Origin: Octopus vulgaris
Taxonomy: Eukaryota
Assembly: GCA_951406725.2 (NCBI GenBank)
Contig: OX597834.1
Span: forward strand, 18,662,001 to 18,726,000
Length of the DNA stretch: 64,000 nt
Direction of reading: 5' to 3'
Under the pieces are notes generated by a model that ran no database searches, had not been told where the DNA came from, and saw nothing but the letters and a program-made list of their open reading frames with translations. Shown here one piece after another: positions 15,250 to 29,360 of this stretch; the stretch's first letter is position 1, and every line of letters starts with the position of its first letter. The position numbers and the translations under genes are program-made.

Positions 15250-15751
15250 GAAATAGAGAGAGAGAGAAAGAGAGAGAGAGAGAGTGTGTGTGTGTGTGTG
15301 TATAATTGAAAAATGCATTAAATACTAAAAAACGAAGGACATACACAGAACGACCCCAATTCTTCATCAGTTATCGACCGAAATACTAATACACAGTTTC
15401 GTGCTTTTAACGATAAGACTGAGAACTTCGCATATCGGCGGCATCCGCAAAATTTGCAGAGAATTAGGGATGGAGCAAACAAAACAATACATGGTAGACG
15501 TACCAAACAAAGTAAACGAATGTAATTTGAAACGATTGACGAAGACGGGATAAATAAGGCCTTTCGGTCAAACATGAGAGTGATGGGTAACGCCTGGAAG
15601 AAATCTTGAATGGATATAAAAAGAGAAATAGCAAGAGAGGAGATAAATGTTGACCGGCACGCTAAGCGTCCGGTAGCGAAAGGCGGAGAGAGGAGAAAAT
15701 TAGTCACTGGGTCACGTGTAGGCAGTAGATAGAAATAAAATGAGAATGAGA

Positions 15752-15849
<98 letters not shown>

Positions 15850-15929
15850 AGCATCAAGCATATTCGGGCTAATGATAACCTTGTAACATTCTTATCGGAC
15901 ATTTCGTCCTTCTTTTTTTTTTTCTCAGT

Positions 15930-16290
15930 TTAAATTCCGTTGGGATCGACTTTGCCTTTCATGATTTCGGGGTCGATAAAACAAGTACCAGCCAAGCATT
16001 CTCCCCCAACATTTCACGCCTTGTGCCTATAGCAGAAAGGAATATTCTACCACTTTAAGATGGCCAACTGGCAGAATCGTTAGCCCGTCGGGAGAAATGC
16101 TTAAAGGCGGCGAGCTGGCAGAATCGTTAGCACGCCGGGCGAAATGCTTAGCGGTATTTCGTCTGCCGCTACGTCCCGAGTTCAAATTCCGCCGAGGTCG
16201 ACTTTGCCTTTCATCCTTTCGGGGTCGGTAAAACAGGTACCAGTTAAAGACTGGGTGTGATGCAATCCACTTATCCTCTTCCCCGTTATC
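15930..16290 (+). mobile_element. SINE family B cluster (partial copy + duplicated head + full copy)
   Basis: Family B head and core motifs repeated. Confidence 0.85.
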
Positions 16291-16797
16291 ACTGGTCCTC
16301 TGCCAAAATTTAAACTGCTTCTCCCTCACTTTTTTTTTTGTCTCCCCCAGTTTTCCCAGTCACCAGTGAAGAATGTATTTGCTGTTGAGACGCTTATCGA
16401 GAATGATAAATGAGAAGTTCAGTTACTGCTCTCAGTGCTAAAAGTACAATGGTATCTGAGCGTCAAACATGTCGTAACGAACATTTTTGTCTGTCGTTTA
16501 TATAGGGATTACGCGATTACAATTGTTCATGTTGTTCTTTATCAGCTTAGGGTACCTGACGGTATGCCAGGTCATTTATTTGCACCAGCCAGTAGCTATG
16601 AGATGGTGACGCAGAGTACATCGTATCTGGATCCGGGATATTCCTGATAGCTCAGAAAGTGTTTTCACTTGCTGAAGACTAACGTTCGCAGAAGTGAAAC
16701 GAAAGAAATCCTGAAGCCGTCAAGCAACCTCAATTCCAATAGTTCACTCAATTAAAAAGCGCCTAATTTAGCGTTTAGTTTTCTAGAAAACGAAAAT

Positions 16798-17000
16798 CTT
16801 TTCTACCTTAGGCATAAGGCCCGACATTTTGGAGGAGGGAGCCAGTCGATTAGATCGAACCAGTACGCAACTGGTACTTAATTTATCAACCCCGAAAGCA
16901 TGAAAGACCTCGGCGGAATTTGAACTCAGAACGTAAAGACGGACGAAGTACCGCTAAGTATTTCGCCCGGAATTCTAACGTTTTTGCCAGCTCGCCGCCT
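16798..17000 (-). mobile_element. SINE family B
   Basis: Reverse complement of family B; more decayed copy at ~17780-18005. Confidence 0.8.
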
Positions 17001-17196
17001 GAAAGTGCTCCAATTATATATAAATTTATAAGTTCGTCATCTGGATATAAAATCTGGAGGTTTCGAAACGATTGTCTATGTATGTATGTATGTATGTATG
17101 TATGTATGTATGTATGTATGTATGTATGTATGTATGTATGTGTGTATGTATGTATGTATGTATGTATGTGTGTATGTATGCATGCATGCATGTATG

Positions 17197-17229
<33 letters not shown>

Positions 17230-17567
17230 TTTTTTAAAGAAAGGCCTGTGATATGCAGGACACTGACTGGGAGAACAATGCCTGTCATCGCCATAGATGG
17301 AGGAAGCAGGTTAAGGAGGGGATCGACACTTTTGAGAGAGCACGTATCCAGCATGAAGAACTTAAGCAAGCTGCGCGAAAGCGCACGGCTCGTAAAGTGA
17401 ATGGGGAAAGCTTGGTCTGCAATGTTTGCAGTCATATATGCTTGTCAAGAGCATGGTTCATTAGCCACCAACGGAGACACAAATGCAAAATATAAGTTAG
17501 TCCTAGAGTGCACAATGTTCCTGAAGGTCGGCAATGGTCTTCCTCGGTCACGAGTGGACGGCCATCA
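17230..17567 (+). mobile_element. RTE-like LINE 3' fragment within (TATG)n
   Basis: C-terminal C2H2-like CNVCSHICLSRAWFISHQRRH, short 3' UTR, (TATG)n tail. Confidence 0.7.
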
Positions 17568-17593
17568 TGTATGTATGTATGTATGTATGTATG

Positions 17594-17626
<33 letters not shown>

Positions 17627-18299
17627 TCTGTTATTGGTGTGAAGAGAGCACAAAATGAAGTGGAGTTCTCGGAGGCAAATCTAACAGATTATAGAATGTC
17701 TTATTGTTTGCTAAACTAAATGTGAAAATTATTCACAGATGTCCGAAGTAAAAGGCTCCAGATACTTCAAACTAGAATAATGTTTTCTGCAACAAGCAGA
17801 AAACCTGAAATTATGTGGTTCGTGGCCGCGAGCATAAAACCTGAAATTATGTGGTTCAATACTGGACTGGTACACACTTTATCGACCCTGAAAAGAGGAA
17901 AGGCAACCTCAGCCTCCGCAAAATTTTAACTCAGAACATAAAATCGAAAGAAATATTGCTAAGCATTTTATCCGGTCTGCTAACGATTCTTCTACCTTGC
18001 TGCCTTACTTTAAACTCATATGATAGATTTTAGTATTTGAGAATTTTTATCGCAACCATATGTCTGGTTAAGAGGTTCATTTCACCTTGACAGGCCTTCA
18101 TGGTTTGCCTTGCCGATTAATTGCTAGTCGTTTCGCTCGTCGTACCGAGATAAATTTTTACCCTAAGCGGGTCCTAGCTCGGGTTGATATCTCCTCTGTT
18201 CTGAAACCGGTAGGATTACCCAGAAGTGATGGGAAGAGACCAGATGGTCTTACCCTTTGTCTCTGAGTAAGAAGTAGGTGTTTTATCTGGGACGCCACA

Positions 18300-18600
18300 G
18301 TCTGTGATTCCTTTGCTCCCTCCCGCATCCTGGATGCTGCAGTAAATGAGAGGGTCACTGCCTTCCGTATTGGAACAGAACAAAACCTTCCTCAGGACTT
18401 GTGAGGAAAATATTTCTTCCATCTTGTGGCGTTTGAGACGTTTGGAGGGACTGGGCCAATAACGACGAAGTTCTTTAAGTCGTTTGGTGGCTCGCATTAC
18501 CCAGGTGTCAGATGAAGCCCGTGAGGGTACTTGGCTGTTCCAACGCCTTAAAGCTCACCATCGCCGCGAGCATATTGGCTGGCTTCAGTAGGTTCTGTTG
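18300..18600 (+). mobile_element. CRE-like RLE LINE 3' remnant
   Basis: Reads ...FETFGGLG...ARITQVSDEAREGTWLFQRL..., similar to the C-terminus of CRE-clade elements. Confidence 0.5.
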
Positions 18601-18747
18601 AAACGTGTGGTGTGCGACCAATTGCGAAACGTGGTGTTGAATTGATGTGTCTTTTTCCTTCTTCTTTTCCTTCGCTCATATTTGTGCTTTCTTTGTATTT
18701 GTTTTGTATTTGTTTTGTATTTATATTTTAATATGGTTTTGTATATC

Positions 18748-19153
18748 CAGGAGTGGCTGTGTGGTAAGTACCTTGCTAACCAACCACATGGTTCCGGGTT
18801 CAGTCCCACTGCATGGCACCTTGGGCAAGTGTCTTCTACTATAGCCTCGGACCGACCAAAGCCTTGTGAGCGGATTTGGTAGACGGAAAGTGAAAGAAAC
18901 CCGTTGTATATATGTGTATATATATATGTGTGTATGTGTGTTTGTGTGTCTGTGTTTGTCCCCCTAGCATTGCTTGACAACCGATGCTGGTGTGTTTATG
19001 TCCCCGTTACCTAGCGGTTCGGCAAAAGAGACCGATAGAATAAGTACCGGGCTTACAAAAGAATAAGTTCCGGGGTCGAATTGCTCGATTAAAGGCGGTG
19101 CTCCAGCATGGCCGCAGTCAAATGACTGAAACAAGTAAAAGAGTAAAAGAGAG
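18748..19153 (+). mobile_element. SINE family A, full length
   Basis: AGGAGTGGCTGTGTGG head to (GTAAAAGA)n tail. Confidence 0.92.
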
Positions 19154-19717
19154 AGTACGTGTTATATATGTAATAATTATCTCTGTCGGTAATAAAAAAA
19201 AAAAATTTCCAAAGAGAAAAAAAACAGCAACGTACAACGTACTCGCGGGATTGATCTCACAATATTATATTCTTTCGGTATGTGTCTTCCACGACATTCT
19301 TGGGGGTGAAATATGATAAATGCTAACAGCGATGTTTGCGTATCATAAATATATGAAGATATCTTAATCATTGAAAACAGAATTTTGCGCGTCTAAAGGG
19401 AAGTAGCTCCTAAAAACAAGGGACTTAATACAGAAAGAAATGCTGCGATACTCCAGCGCGAACTCAGTCTGAAATTATTAAAAGTATTGTGAACAAATGG
19501 ATATTCAAAATCATTTGTCCAAACTGTTCTTCGACCAAAACCTCTGCATTGTAATGTTGTTGCTAGTAAAGTTTAGACAAGTGTCTGCTTGTTTTATGGA
19601 CGGACGATTAATCACCATGATATTTCCTGTATTTTTTTTTCTATTTTATCTTTCCAAGTCTTGTACGGATTAAACATGTCTGTTGTTAGGTATCATGAGC
19701 CCACTTCACATATACAT

Positions 19718-19802
<85 letters not shown>

Positions 19803-19905
19803 CTGGGCTTATAAAAGAATAAGTCCCGGGGTCGATTTGCTTGACTAAAGGCCGCAGTCAAATGACTGAAACAAGTAAAAGAGTAAAAAGAGTAATGAGT
19901 ATATA

Positions 19906-19939
<34 letters not shown>

Positions 19940-20291
19940 CATACATACATACATACATATATACTAATACACATCAATCTGGGCATCATACGGCAAGGAG
20001 ATACATAATGGAAAACCTAATGAACTACAGCTGGGCGATTTTAATTTCTTATTGATGTATTGTGTTTTTTGAGCAATGAATGTCTAAAAGAAATAGGATC
20101 TCAAAATAAATATCACAGTTAATCGGGCTTTCTATAATGTATCTGCTTTATGTATAATACACAGTTTGCTATTTTAAACTGTTTCTTTGGTAAATAAAGC
20201 ATGTGTGTGTATGCATGTGTGTGTATGCATCTACATGTATGCATGTGTGTATATGTATATGCATGCATAATATGTCTGTATATGTATGTTT

Positions 20292-20677
20292 GGAGGCGCA
20301 ATGGCCCAGTGGTTAAGGCAGCGGACTTGCGGTCATAGGATCGTGGTTTCGATTCCTAGACCGGGCGTTGTGAGTGTTTATTGAGTGAAAACACCTAAAA
20401 GCTCCACGAGGCTCCGGCAGGGGATGGTGGTGATCCCTGCTGTACTCTTTCACCACAACTTTCTCTCACTCTTACTTCCTGTTTCTGTTGTACCTGTATT
20501 TCAAAGGGCTGGCCTTGTCACTCTCTGTGTCACGCTGAATATACCCCGAGAACTACGTTAAGGGTACACGTGTCTGTGGAGTGCTCAGCCACTTACACGT
20601 TAATTTCACGAGCAGGCTGTTCCGTTGATTCGGATCAACCGGAACCCTCGTCGTCGTAACCGACGGAGTGCTTCCAC
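20292..20677 (+). mobile_element. SINE family C (tRNA-derived), full length
   Basis: GGAGGCGCAATGGCCCAGTGGTTA...GGTTTCGATTCC head, GGAGTGCTTCCA tail; TATATGTATGT on both flanks. Confidence 0.92.
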
Positions 20678-21031
20678 TATATATGTATGTATATTCATAC
20701 ATAAAATATAAAGAATTTTGACTTGTGCATCCTCCCTGTGAGTCCAGCGAAGTTCAGTAACTCAAACACGGTTGGTCTTAATCAGTCTGACTTTCGATAT
20801 GTTGCCCTGAAACGCAGTACATTCTTTCTTGATTACCCCTGAAACAATCTGACCTCCAGTATGCAGAATTTTTAACTGACTGCACTAGCGCTGCCCAGCT
20901 GTTTCCAAGTCTCTGGCTAAAATAAAGTAATTTTATATATTTTGCTTTCATCTTTCCAGTACTGTTTGAACCAAGTTGCTGTCATAGACAGAATAAAAAA
21001 TCAAACACAGTTTTTTTTACCACAGAACTAT

Positions 21032-21037
21032 TTTATT
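21032..21037 (-). promoter_or_regulatory. Putative polyadenylation signal of the CAP gene
   Basis: AATAAA on - strand followed ~25-45 nt downstream by a GT/T-rich tract (TGTGTTTGATTTTTT). Confidence 0.45.
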
Positions 21038-21314
21038 TCATCAGTTAATACAATTTTTCCACTCAGATTACTATCAAAATAAATCATTCCTTTTTGCCTT
21101 GTTTTACTTATCTTTATATTGCTAGAGAGAGAGGAAAAATTTGAAAAAAATATTAAGTATAATGTAGTTAGTTGTTCACCCTGAGATTATTAAAACCTGA
21201 AAAAGAAAAATTACTGGAATACGAGTTTCAATCTAAATTGAATATTGATATGACAACATAAGATTATATATACATACCTACATACACACGCACACACACA
21301 TATATATGTATGTA

Positions 21315-21356
<42 letters not shown>

Positions 21357-21447
21357 CACCATATAAATATGTGTGCTTGTATATATATGTATATGTTTAT
21401 GTATACATGTATGTATATGTATATATATATATGTATATGTATGTATT

Positions 21448-21479
<32 letters not shown>

Positions 21480-21596
21480 TATATATTTATATATATACAT
21501 ATATATATATATACATACATATATATACACACATATATATGTATATGTATATATATGTGTGTGTGCATATATATATACACATATATACACAAACAC

Positions 21597-21627
<31 letters not shown>

Positions 21628-21738
21628 TATGCACACACATGTATGTATGTAAGTATGTATTTATCTATCTATCTCTATCTATCTATATATATGTGTGTAT
21701 GTATGTATATATATATCCATATATATACATATACATAC

Positions 21739-21806
<68 letters not shown>

Positions 21807-21856
21807 ACTCTTACAAACAATTTTAAATAAGGACATGATATATATGAATTTGCATT

Positions 21857-22011
21857 TCATGCCTTTGGTTTCAAGACATTTTTCGCAAAATCGTCAATGT
21901 AATTTCCGGCTGGTCTGTAATTGGCCACCACAAAGTTGCCACCATTTGCAGTACGACCTCTTCCAATGCCAAACTCCTTGCTTTCCTCCCACACCACTTG
22001 GGTGAAATGAC
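21857..22011 (-). CDS. GLIPR2: GAPR-1/GLIPR2-like CAP protein, last coding exon
   Basis: TTTCAG acceptor; encodes [17 protein letters not shown]...[25 protein letters not shown] (CAP1 and CAP2 signatures). The four exons total 651 nt = 216 aa + stop. Confidence 0.94.
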
Positions 22012-22367
22012 CTGAAATAAGAAATCAAAAGAAAATTCTTTCAGTAGTCATGAATTCCAAAATCAGAGATGCTGTTTTCATCTAAAGAGTATCACAGAGA
22101 AATTAACCGTTATGATGAAATTCTTGTATCTGATCCTTCTCCTTATATTAACAAAATATTTGCAAGTTTTAGAGCTCCAGTTTCTTATAAATGCTTGTTA
22201 CTTAACATCAGTGGAGTTAAAGGTATTCCAACACTGACTCTCCCACCTTTTTCGCTTTGGTCAAAGGAGTTCCAACTCCAACCCCCTTTTCTTTTCCCTA
22301 TGGCCAAAGGTGCACATGTATATATATCATGGTATCATAGCATTGTTTGGACTGATTTACTGTTTTA

Positions 22368-22597
22368 CTGCTTTACTGTTTTACTTGTTTCAGTCATTTG
22401 ACTGCGGCCATGCTGGAGCACCGCCTTTAGTCGAGCAAATCGACCCCGGGACTTATTCCTTGTAAGCCCCCAGTACTTATTCTATCGGTCTCTTTTGCTG
22501 AACCGCTAAGTGACGGGTACATAAACACACCAGCATCGGTTGTCAAGCAATGCTAGGGGGACAAACACAGACACACAAATACATACACACATACACA

Positions 22598-22651
<54 letters not shown>

Positions 22652-22817
22652 TACGACAAGCTTCTTTCAGTTTCCATCTACCAAATCCACTCACAAGGCA
22701 TTGGTCGGCCCAGGGCTATAGCAGAAGACACTTGCCCAAGTTGCCACGCAGTGGGACTGAACCCGGAACCATGTGGTTGGTTAGCAAGCTACTTACCACA
22801 AAACCACTCCTGCGCCT
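22368..22817 (-). mobile_element. SINE family A in CAP-gene intron
   Basis: Full-length reverse complement of family A. Confidence 0.92.
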
Positions 22818-23570
22818 ATTGGTTTCTGTCAAACATCGCTAGTCACAATGCCCTTCACATTGTTTTTGCCTTTCAATAATGCCATCCCATTGTCTAGACA
22901 TTGTGCTTTCGTTGGCGTAAAACAAAAAGTTGAGTGAATCTTAGAATTCACTGGAAGAGTAAGAAAAACGGTTTACTTTCTCTTCTGTCAGACTTTCAAG
23001 CTACTGACTTCCCATTTCTCTGATCAGCGACTAATCCTGTTGATCTCTACCTGAGGCAGGTCTGTGAAAGCCAAACTCCTTCTCTTCTTCTTCTTCTCTT
23101 CAGGTCACATCTGAAATTACTGACTGGCAAGGCCCTCATTGACTTTTTCAAGTTTTTACTTGAAAAGGAATGTGAGGGTGGAGAGGGAAATAATTTTGTT
23201 GAAAGTTGGCTGAATGTTGTGAAAATGGCTTGTGTTAATGGACCTGCTCTGAACGTTCACTTGTGGGCTGGAGTGTATGAGAGGAAGAGGGGTGCCTGCC
23301 TGAGGTGTCCTGAGCAATTAGGGTTACTAGGGCTTGTGTAAACGATTAAAATGAGTATTAATAAGGTGTTACGTTTTGTGTTCAAATCCTGCTGAGGTCA
23401 GCTTTAACCTTCATCCTGCCAGGGGCTGATAAAATAAATAACCAGTGAAAAAACTTAAGGTATTGGGGGTGGGCCGATATAGTCAACTCTATCATAGCCT
23501 CTCCCCCAAATCTGAGGCCTTTGTACCTTTAAGCAAAGTATCAATTAAGAATAAAATGAAAATGTCTTAC

Positions 23571-23648
23571 CTATACCCGAACGAAATCCAGGTTTGTCAA
23601 AATCATAGTCTTTGATTTCATTATACCACATGTTTGTAGCTTCTTCAC
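23571..23648 (-). CDS. GLIPR2: GAPR-1/GLIPR2-like CAP protein, coding exon 3
   Basis: TTTTTCAG acceptor and GTAAG donor, phase 1/1; encodes GEEATNMWYNEIKDYDFDKPGFRSGIG (CAP WYxE motif). Confidence 0.93.
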   Translation of the reverse strand: MKKLQTCGIMKSKTMILTNLDFVRV

Positions 23649-24211
23649 CTGAAAAAGAATTTTTAAAAGAATGATTTCTAACAGCTGACTGCAGTGTAGA
23701 TATAAGTCAGTTATTCCAAGTGAGCTGATGTAAATCATTCTCCTTCTTTGTTAAAATTGAAGAGAAGCATAATTACCAAAACAAATTTTTATTTTCAGAA
23801 AGTCATTTTAATTCTATTCCTCTCTTTTGGGATTTGACAAAAAGAAAGCAGTTTTTATTATTTTTATTATCCAATCAGAATCTTCAATTTCTAATTTAGT
23901 CATAATCGAAATCTCAAGGCTTCAATATTAATTTAAATTCAGAACTGCAGATGAACTATTGAGATGAAAATATGACACTTTCATAATTTAACTACAATGA
24001 TATAATGGTAGTGCCATAGAGGCTGTGTGTGCCTCTATGATTTGTGACACAGAACTTTTGCTTGTCAGAATTTGATGACTGCATTCCATCTCTTTCAAGA
24101 TTATTCAGGTTTCTGGTTCAAATTAAGTTAGTGCTAATATATTTAATGTAATGATATTAAAATTCTGATCAGCTCTACTTATGCAGTGAGAAAAAAGATA
24201 ATATCAGCTCA

Positions 24212-25514
24212 ATGTGAGAATGGACTGAGAATTTCATAGGCTGACTATGAAAGAGTCATACTAGAGCCGTGAAATTTTGCAAGCATTCATTTCAACACCT
24301 CTTATTGATAACTGGATTGTTTCTTTCCAAGTAAACTCACATCTCATCGTTTAAAGAAGATTTCAAAGTAACTGGTTGTGAATTCTTTTGAAAATGGACA
24401 AAATTTGGCACCGCCGTGTTATCAAGTGCTGTAGAAAAAGGGCATAGCCCGCAACGCCATTCATGCTGACTTCTTGCTTGTTACATTAGGGGATGACGTT
24501 CCAGATTTATCAACAGTGTATAAGTGGGTAACTAAATTTAGGAGAGGATGAGGGAGTCTGGAAGATGACCTCAAGTCTGGATGTTTTGCAACTGTCACCA
24601 CTAAATTAACAGTGATCATATTCACCACATGGTGATGGATGACAGGCAATTCTCTATAAATCAAATAGCCAATCCTCTTAGCATATCCCATGAGAGAGTT
24701 GAGTATATTCTGCACAATGATCTTGGCATGACAAAGGTTTCTGCTTGGTGGATGCCATGTCTTCTGACTCATGATCAAAAGTGCTCCAGGCCGATCACAT
24801 AATGACAAAATATAACATTGTTTCAGGCAGATCCAGCTGGTTTCCTTGAATGTTTCATAACCCAGGATGAGCATTGGGCTCACCACTTTGATCTAGAGAC
24901 AAAAAGACAACCCGTGCAGTGGGAACACCCCGCCTCATCTGCTCCAAAGAAATCCAAGGCCGCTTCATCTGCAGGAAAGGTGATGGCCTCAGTTATTCAA
25001 GATACAAATTGAATTATGTTTATTTATAATCTTTAAAAGGGCCACACTATCAATGGGGAATACTATGCCAACATGCAAAGGCAATTACGAAAGGCTATCA
25101 AAGCCAAATGCATAGGAAAACTGATGAAAGGGGTCTTGTTTCATCAGGACAATGCTCCAGCACACAAGACCTTCATTTCAATGGCTGCTGGAATGACTGT
25201 AGCTTTCAACTCGTTGATCACCATCCTTATTCTCCTGATTTGGCCACATCTAGCAAACATCTGTCTCCCAACACGAAACAACACTTGGCTGGGAACCAGT
25301 GTCACAGTAATGATGGTGTCGTATCTGCTGTTGATGACTTTTTTGACCAACAGGATGAAAGCTTTTTTCACCAATGGGATCCAAGCACTGCAACACTGAT
25401 TGTAGAATTGTGTTGACCACAAGAGGGACTATATGTTAAAAAAATAAATCTCATTTGGTCACATTCAATGAGAGTATCATGGTCAGCTGATGAACTTTTC
25501 ATCTGATCCTTGTA
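24212..25514 (+). mobile_element. Decayed mariner (DD34D-type) transposon in CAP-gene intron
   Basis: Frameshifted transposase: WMPCLL (WVPxxL), ITQDEHW, HQDNAPAH, HPYSPDLA; imperfect TIRs ...TTCATAGGCTGAC / GTCAGCTGATGAACTTTTCA. Confidence 0.88.
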
Positions 25515-25989
25515 ACTACTTTTACTTTAACCATTTCAACAAATATGGACTACAATTCTGAACATGTTTGTTTCTTATTAGACCTTTTCAGTGAGGCATA
25601 AACTTCACCATAGTTGCTGAAGTAGAAATGAAAAATTCACTGAGTAAATCAACAATATTGTACACAAGGGGATGTGAAAAATCAGTCCATTCAGATCCAA
25701 ATCATATTTTATTTAGAGGCACCATTTGCATGAAAATCTCTAGTTAAGTTAATGTTAACTTATTTCTAAATCTTACATTCAGCATTAAATACAATTAAAC
25801 ACCTTTCACTCCACTATGTTACTACAATACACTTGTCTACCATTTAGCAATCTGAAATCTATTCTTAAAAATCTTAATCATAACTTTCTTTCTGTTTCGT
25901 TTTTGAGCACCTCATTCCATTGGTGAATGGCTTTGATCCTCCTAGCTTCTGAACTGAAAAAATGAAAAATGAGAAACACCAACACTGAC

Positions 25990-26299
25990 CTGTCAGAAGC
26001 TCACCATCAGATGACCATTTGTTAGCCAAATTTTCCCCAACATTTTTCCCTCTATGGTTTTCATCACTGTGTTTTGGGGCATTAATGGAAGCCAAATAAT
26101 CAGCCCACTTTTGGGCCATCTCACACAGATCTTCAGCCAATGTCAAATCCGGCACACCATGCTTGGCACGGTGACGGTTATGGGCTTCCAAAGCTGACCT
26201 TTCAAGTTCCATCTTTTGCTCTTCAGGAGATCCTTCAATGCTCTTTTTTGGTTTATCCTCTGGTTTTGAATCTAAAAATTGTTTAAAACTTTCTGGAAT
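25990..26299 (-). CDS. GLIPR2: GAPR-1/GLIPR2-like CAP protein, coding exon 2
   Basis: Acceptor TTTTTTTAG at 26300-26301, donor GTCAGT at 25989; encodes IPESFKQ...ALEAHNRHRAKHGVPDL...AQKWADYLA...KHS...GENLANKWS (CAP motifs). Confidence 0.93.
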
Positions 26300-27439
26300 C
26301 TAAAAAAATAAATAGAAGCCAATTAGTGAATGTTCAGAGCTGCTGATGATGTTTAAACAGGATTAAAGGTTTCTTTTTCCCTATAACTTAATCAGAACCC
26401 ATTAATTACTATTACCCCTAGGTCCATTCTGACACCTTCCCAGTTCTCATCTATGAGTTAAATAGATTCTTGTAAGGGTATATTGAGATCCTTAACTGCA
26501 GTGAAAGTAATCAGTCTAGGAGGAGAAAAACTCCTAAATTGACATCCTCTTCTAAGATGTCCTAAGCCTACACAGAAGAATATGACTGATGAGGCTAAGA
26601 TCAGGCATGTCCAATAACATAAATTCATATTATGGAGGCAACTATCTCATGTCAATTTGAATTCTACTGCAGAAAGACATAGCAGGAATTGTGGAATCAG
26701 AAGAGTAGCACCTCTCCATAAGAGATTCTGTGTGTACACCTTCGGACATTTTTGTTATTTACCCCTATAATGTCGCCTTCATCCAATTCCTTTGTAGCAC
26801 ATAAAACAAATTATCATCATTATTATATGGTATTGTTGACTGACTGAGTAAAACTATGACCAAAGTCATTCCAGCCATGACCATCCTCTATTTCTAAGAG
26901 TACATTATTCAATGTGTCTTTCTCCTTTTTCAAGGTGGCAGGGTAGGATTGGAATATTTGGCTGCTATTTGTGTGTGTGTGTGAAGAAAAGTGCTGATTT
27001 CGGTGAAAAGGCAGAGCAATTAGAGCACAAAAAACAGCATTCAAAGTGATTTTATGAGTATGACGCATTGAAGCAAGTAACGCAGTAAGGTCAATAGTTA
27101 TAAGTTCATGACGCAGAGAAGCACGTAAGACACTAAGGTTAACTAAGGTATAAAATAATAGGCATGCCTTTTCGCTGGGAGGCTAATTGGGCTCCTGATC
27201 CACTGAAACGGAGGGGGTTAGGTTCGGAACGCAACTAAGCCTTCGACTAAAACCTAGAGTAATCTTACGGAAGGGGGTTTGGGAGCCTCTAATAAGCAGC
27301 TTCTAATCCCGATCTATCACTAACCCATCCTAGGGGTTCTAAATGACATGGCTGTGGTGATGTGCATGGTGGGTTTGTTTAGGAGGAGGATGATTGCATT
27401 GGATTAAGGACCACTGAAGAATGAGGCTTTGGAAATCCT

Positions 27440-27908
27440 AACTCGTTAATTATTCCCTGCATTTCTCAAATCAAAAAAACGTGCACGTTTGAAAGCCAAA
27501 ACATATGATAATGCGTCTTCGCAAAATACAAAAATGCGCTCAGTCATACAGACTGTTTGCAAATGCGCATTCAACTGTCAAGGGTAAAATTATCTCCGTC
27601 CAATCAAAAAACAGCTGGCAGTCTATTTGCGTATCTAGCTGTACGCATGCACTGCGTACAAATTTCTATGTTTTAGCGATTTTGAATGGATATGTCCATA
27701 ACTGATGGGCATCAGGGGTCGGTTTTATCGATTTTTTTTTAATGGCTTTCTGGGGTGACAGGGGAAAGGAAAAGTTCCTCACAACCACCCTCAGACAGCT
27801 TTGAAAGCCCATAGAAAATGCGAGCCTTTTACGTGAAAAACTGTTTTGTATAAAAGACACACAGACACACAGATACACAGACATTTTGCCGTTTATAGAT
27901 ATAGAGAT
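27440..27908 (-). mobile_element. Non-autonomous Helitron-like 5' end
   Basis: - strand ATCTCTATATCTATAAACGGCAAAATGTCTGTGT..., typical TC start followed by GTCT-type microsatellite. Confidence 0.4.
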
Positions 27909-28006
27909 TCATTTCAATAGTGCTTGGTATTATTTCAAGCAGATTGAACTATCTTTTCAGATATGAAAGGAAGATACTGGAAACTGAATTTATTTAAAAT
28001 ACTGAC

Positions 28007-28114
28007 CGTGTCTTCGCCAAATTTTTCCTCTTTTACCGTCTCAACCACTTCTCCATTCGCCTTCGTAACTTTAGTGATACATGTTGTAACATAAGTTTTG
28101 TTTTGTTGAGCCAT
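28007..28114 (-). CDS. GLIPR2: GAPR-1/GLIPR2-like CAP protein, coding exon 1 (MAQQNKTYVTTCITKVTKANGEVVETVKEEKFGEDT)
   Basis: Acceptor ...TTACTCAG at 28129-28130, ATG at 28114 in AAGATGG context, donor GTCAGT at 28006; phase 0 matches the next exon. Confidence 0.75.
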
Positions 28115-28187
28115 CTTAAATGCTATACCTGAGTAATTAACTGAAAAATGATGAAAATTATTATTATTATTATTATTATTATTATTG

Positions 28188-29360
<1,173 letters not shown>

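Noticed and set aside
16665-16715. CTGAAGA...GAAAC hammerhead candidate
   Set aside because: No convincing stem II, stem III or NUH triplet.
20292-20370. tRNA-like sequences at SINE heads
   Set aside because: Continue into SINE bodies with TSDs; cloverleaf imperfect and no terminator.
22540-22879. Recurring 'EDTCPRCHAVGLNPEPCGW' peptide family
   Set aside because: Antisense translation of SINE family A, not a gene family.
23040-23340. Exon-like purine/pyrimidine-skewed stretch in CAP intron
   Set aside because: No open frame with compatible splice phases or recognisable motif; exons 3 and 4 already join into a complete CAP domain.
25874-25989. C-terminal part of the 112-aa CAP ORF
   Set aside because: Read-through into intron after the GTCAGT donor; the domain continues in exons at 23648 and 22011.
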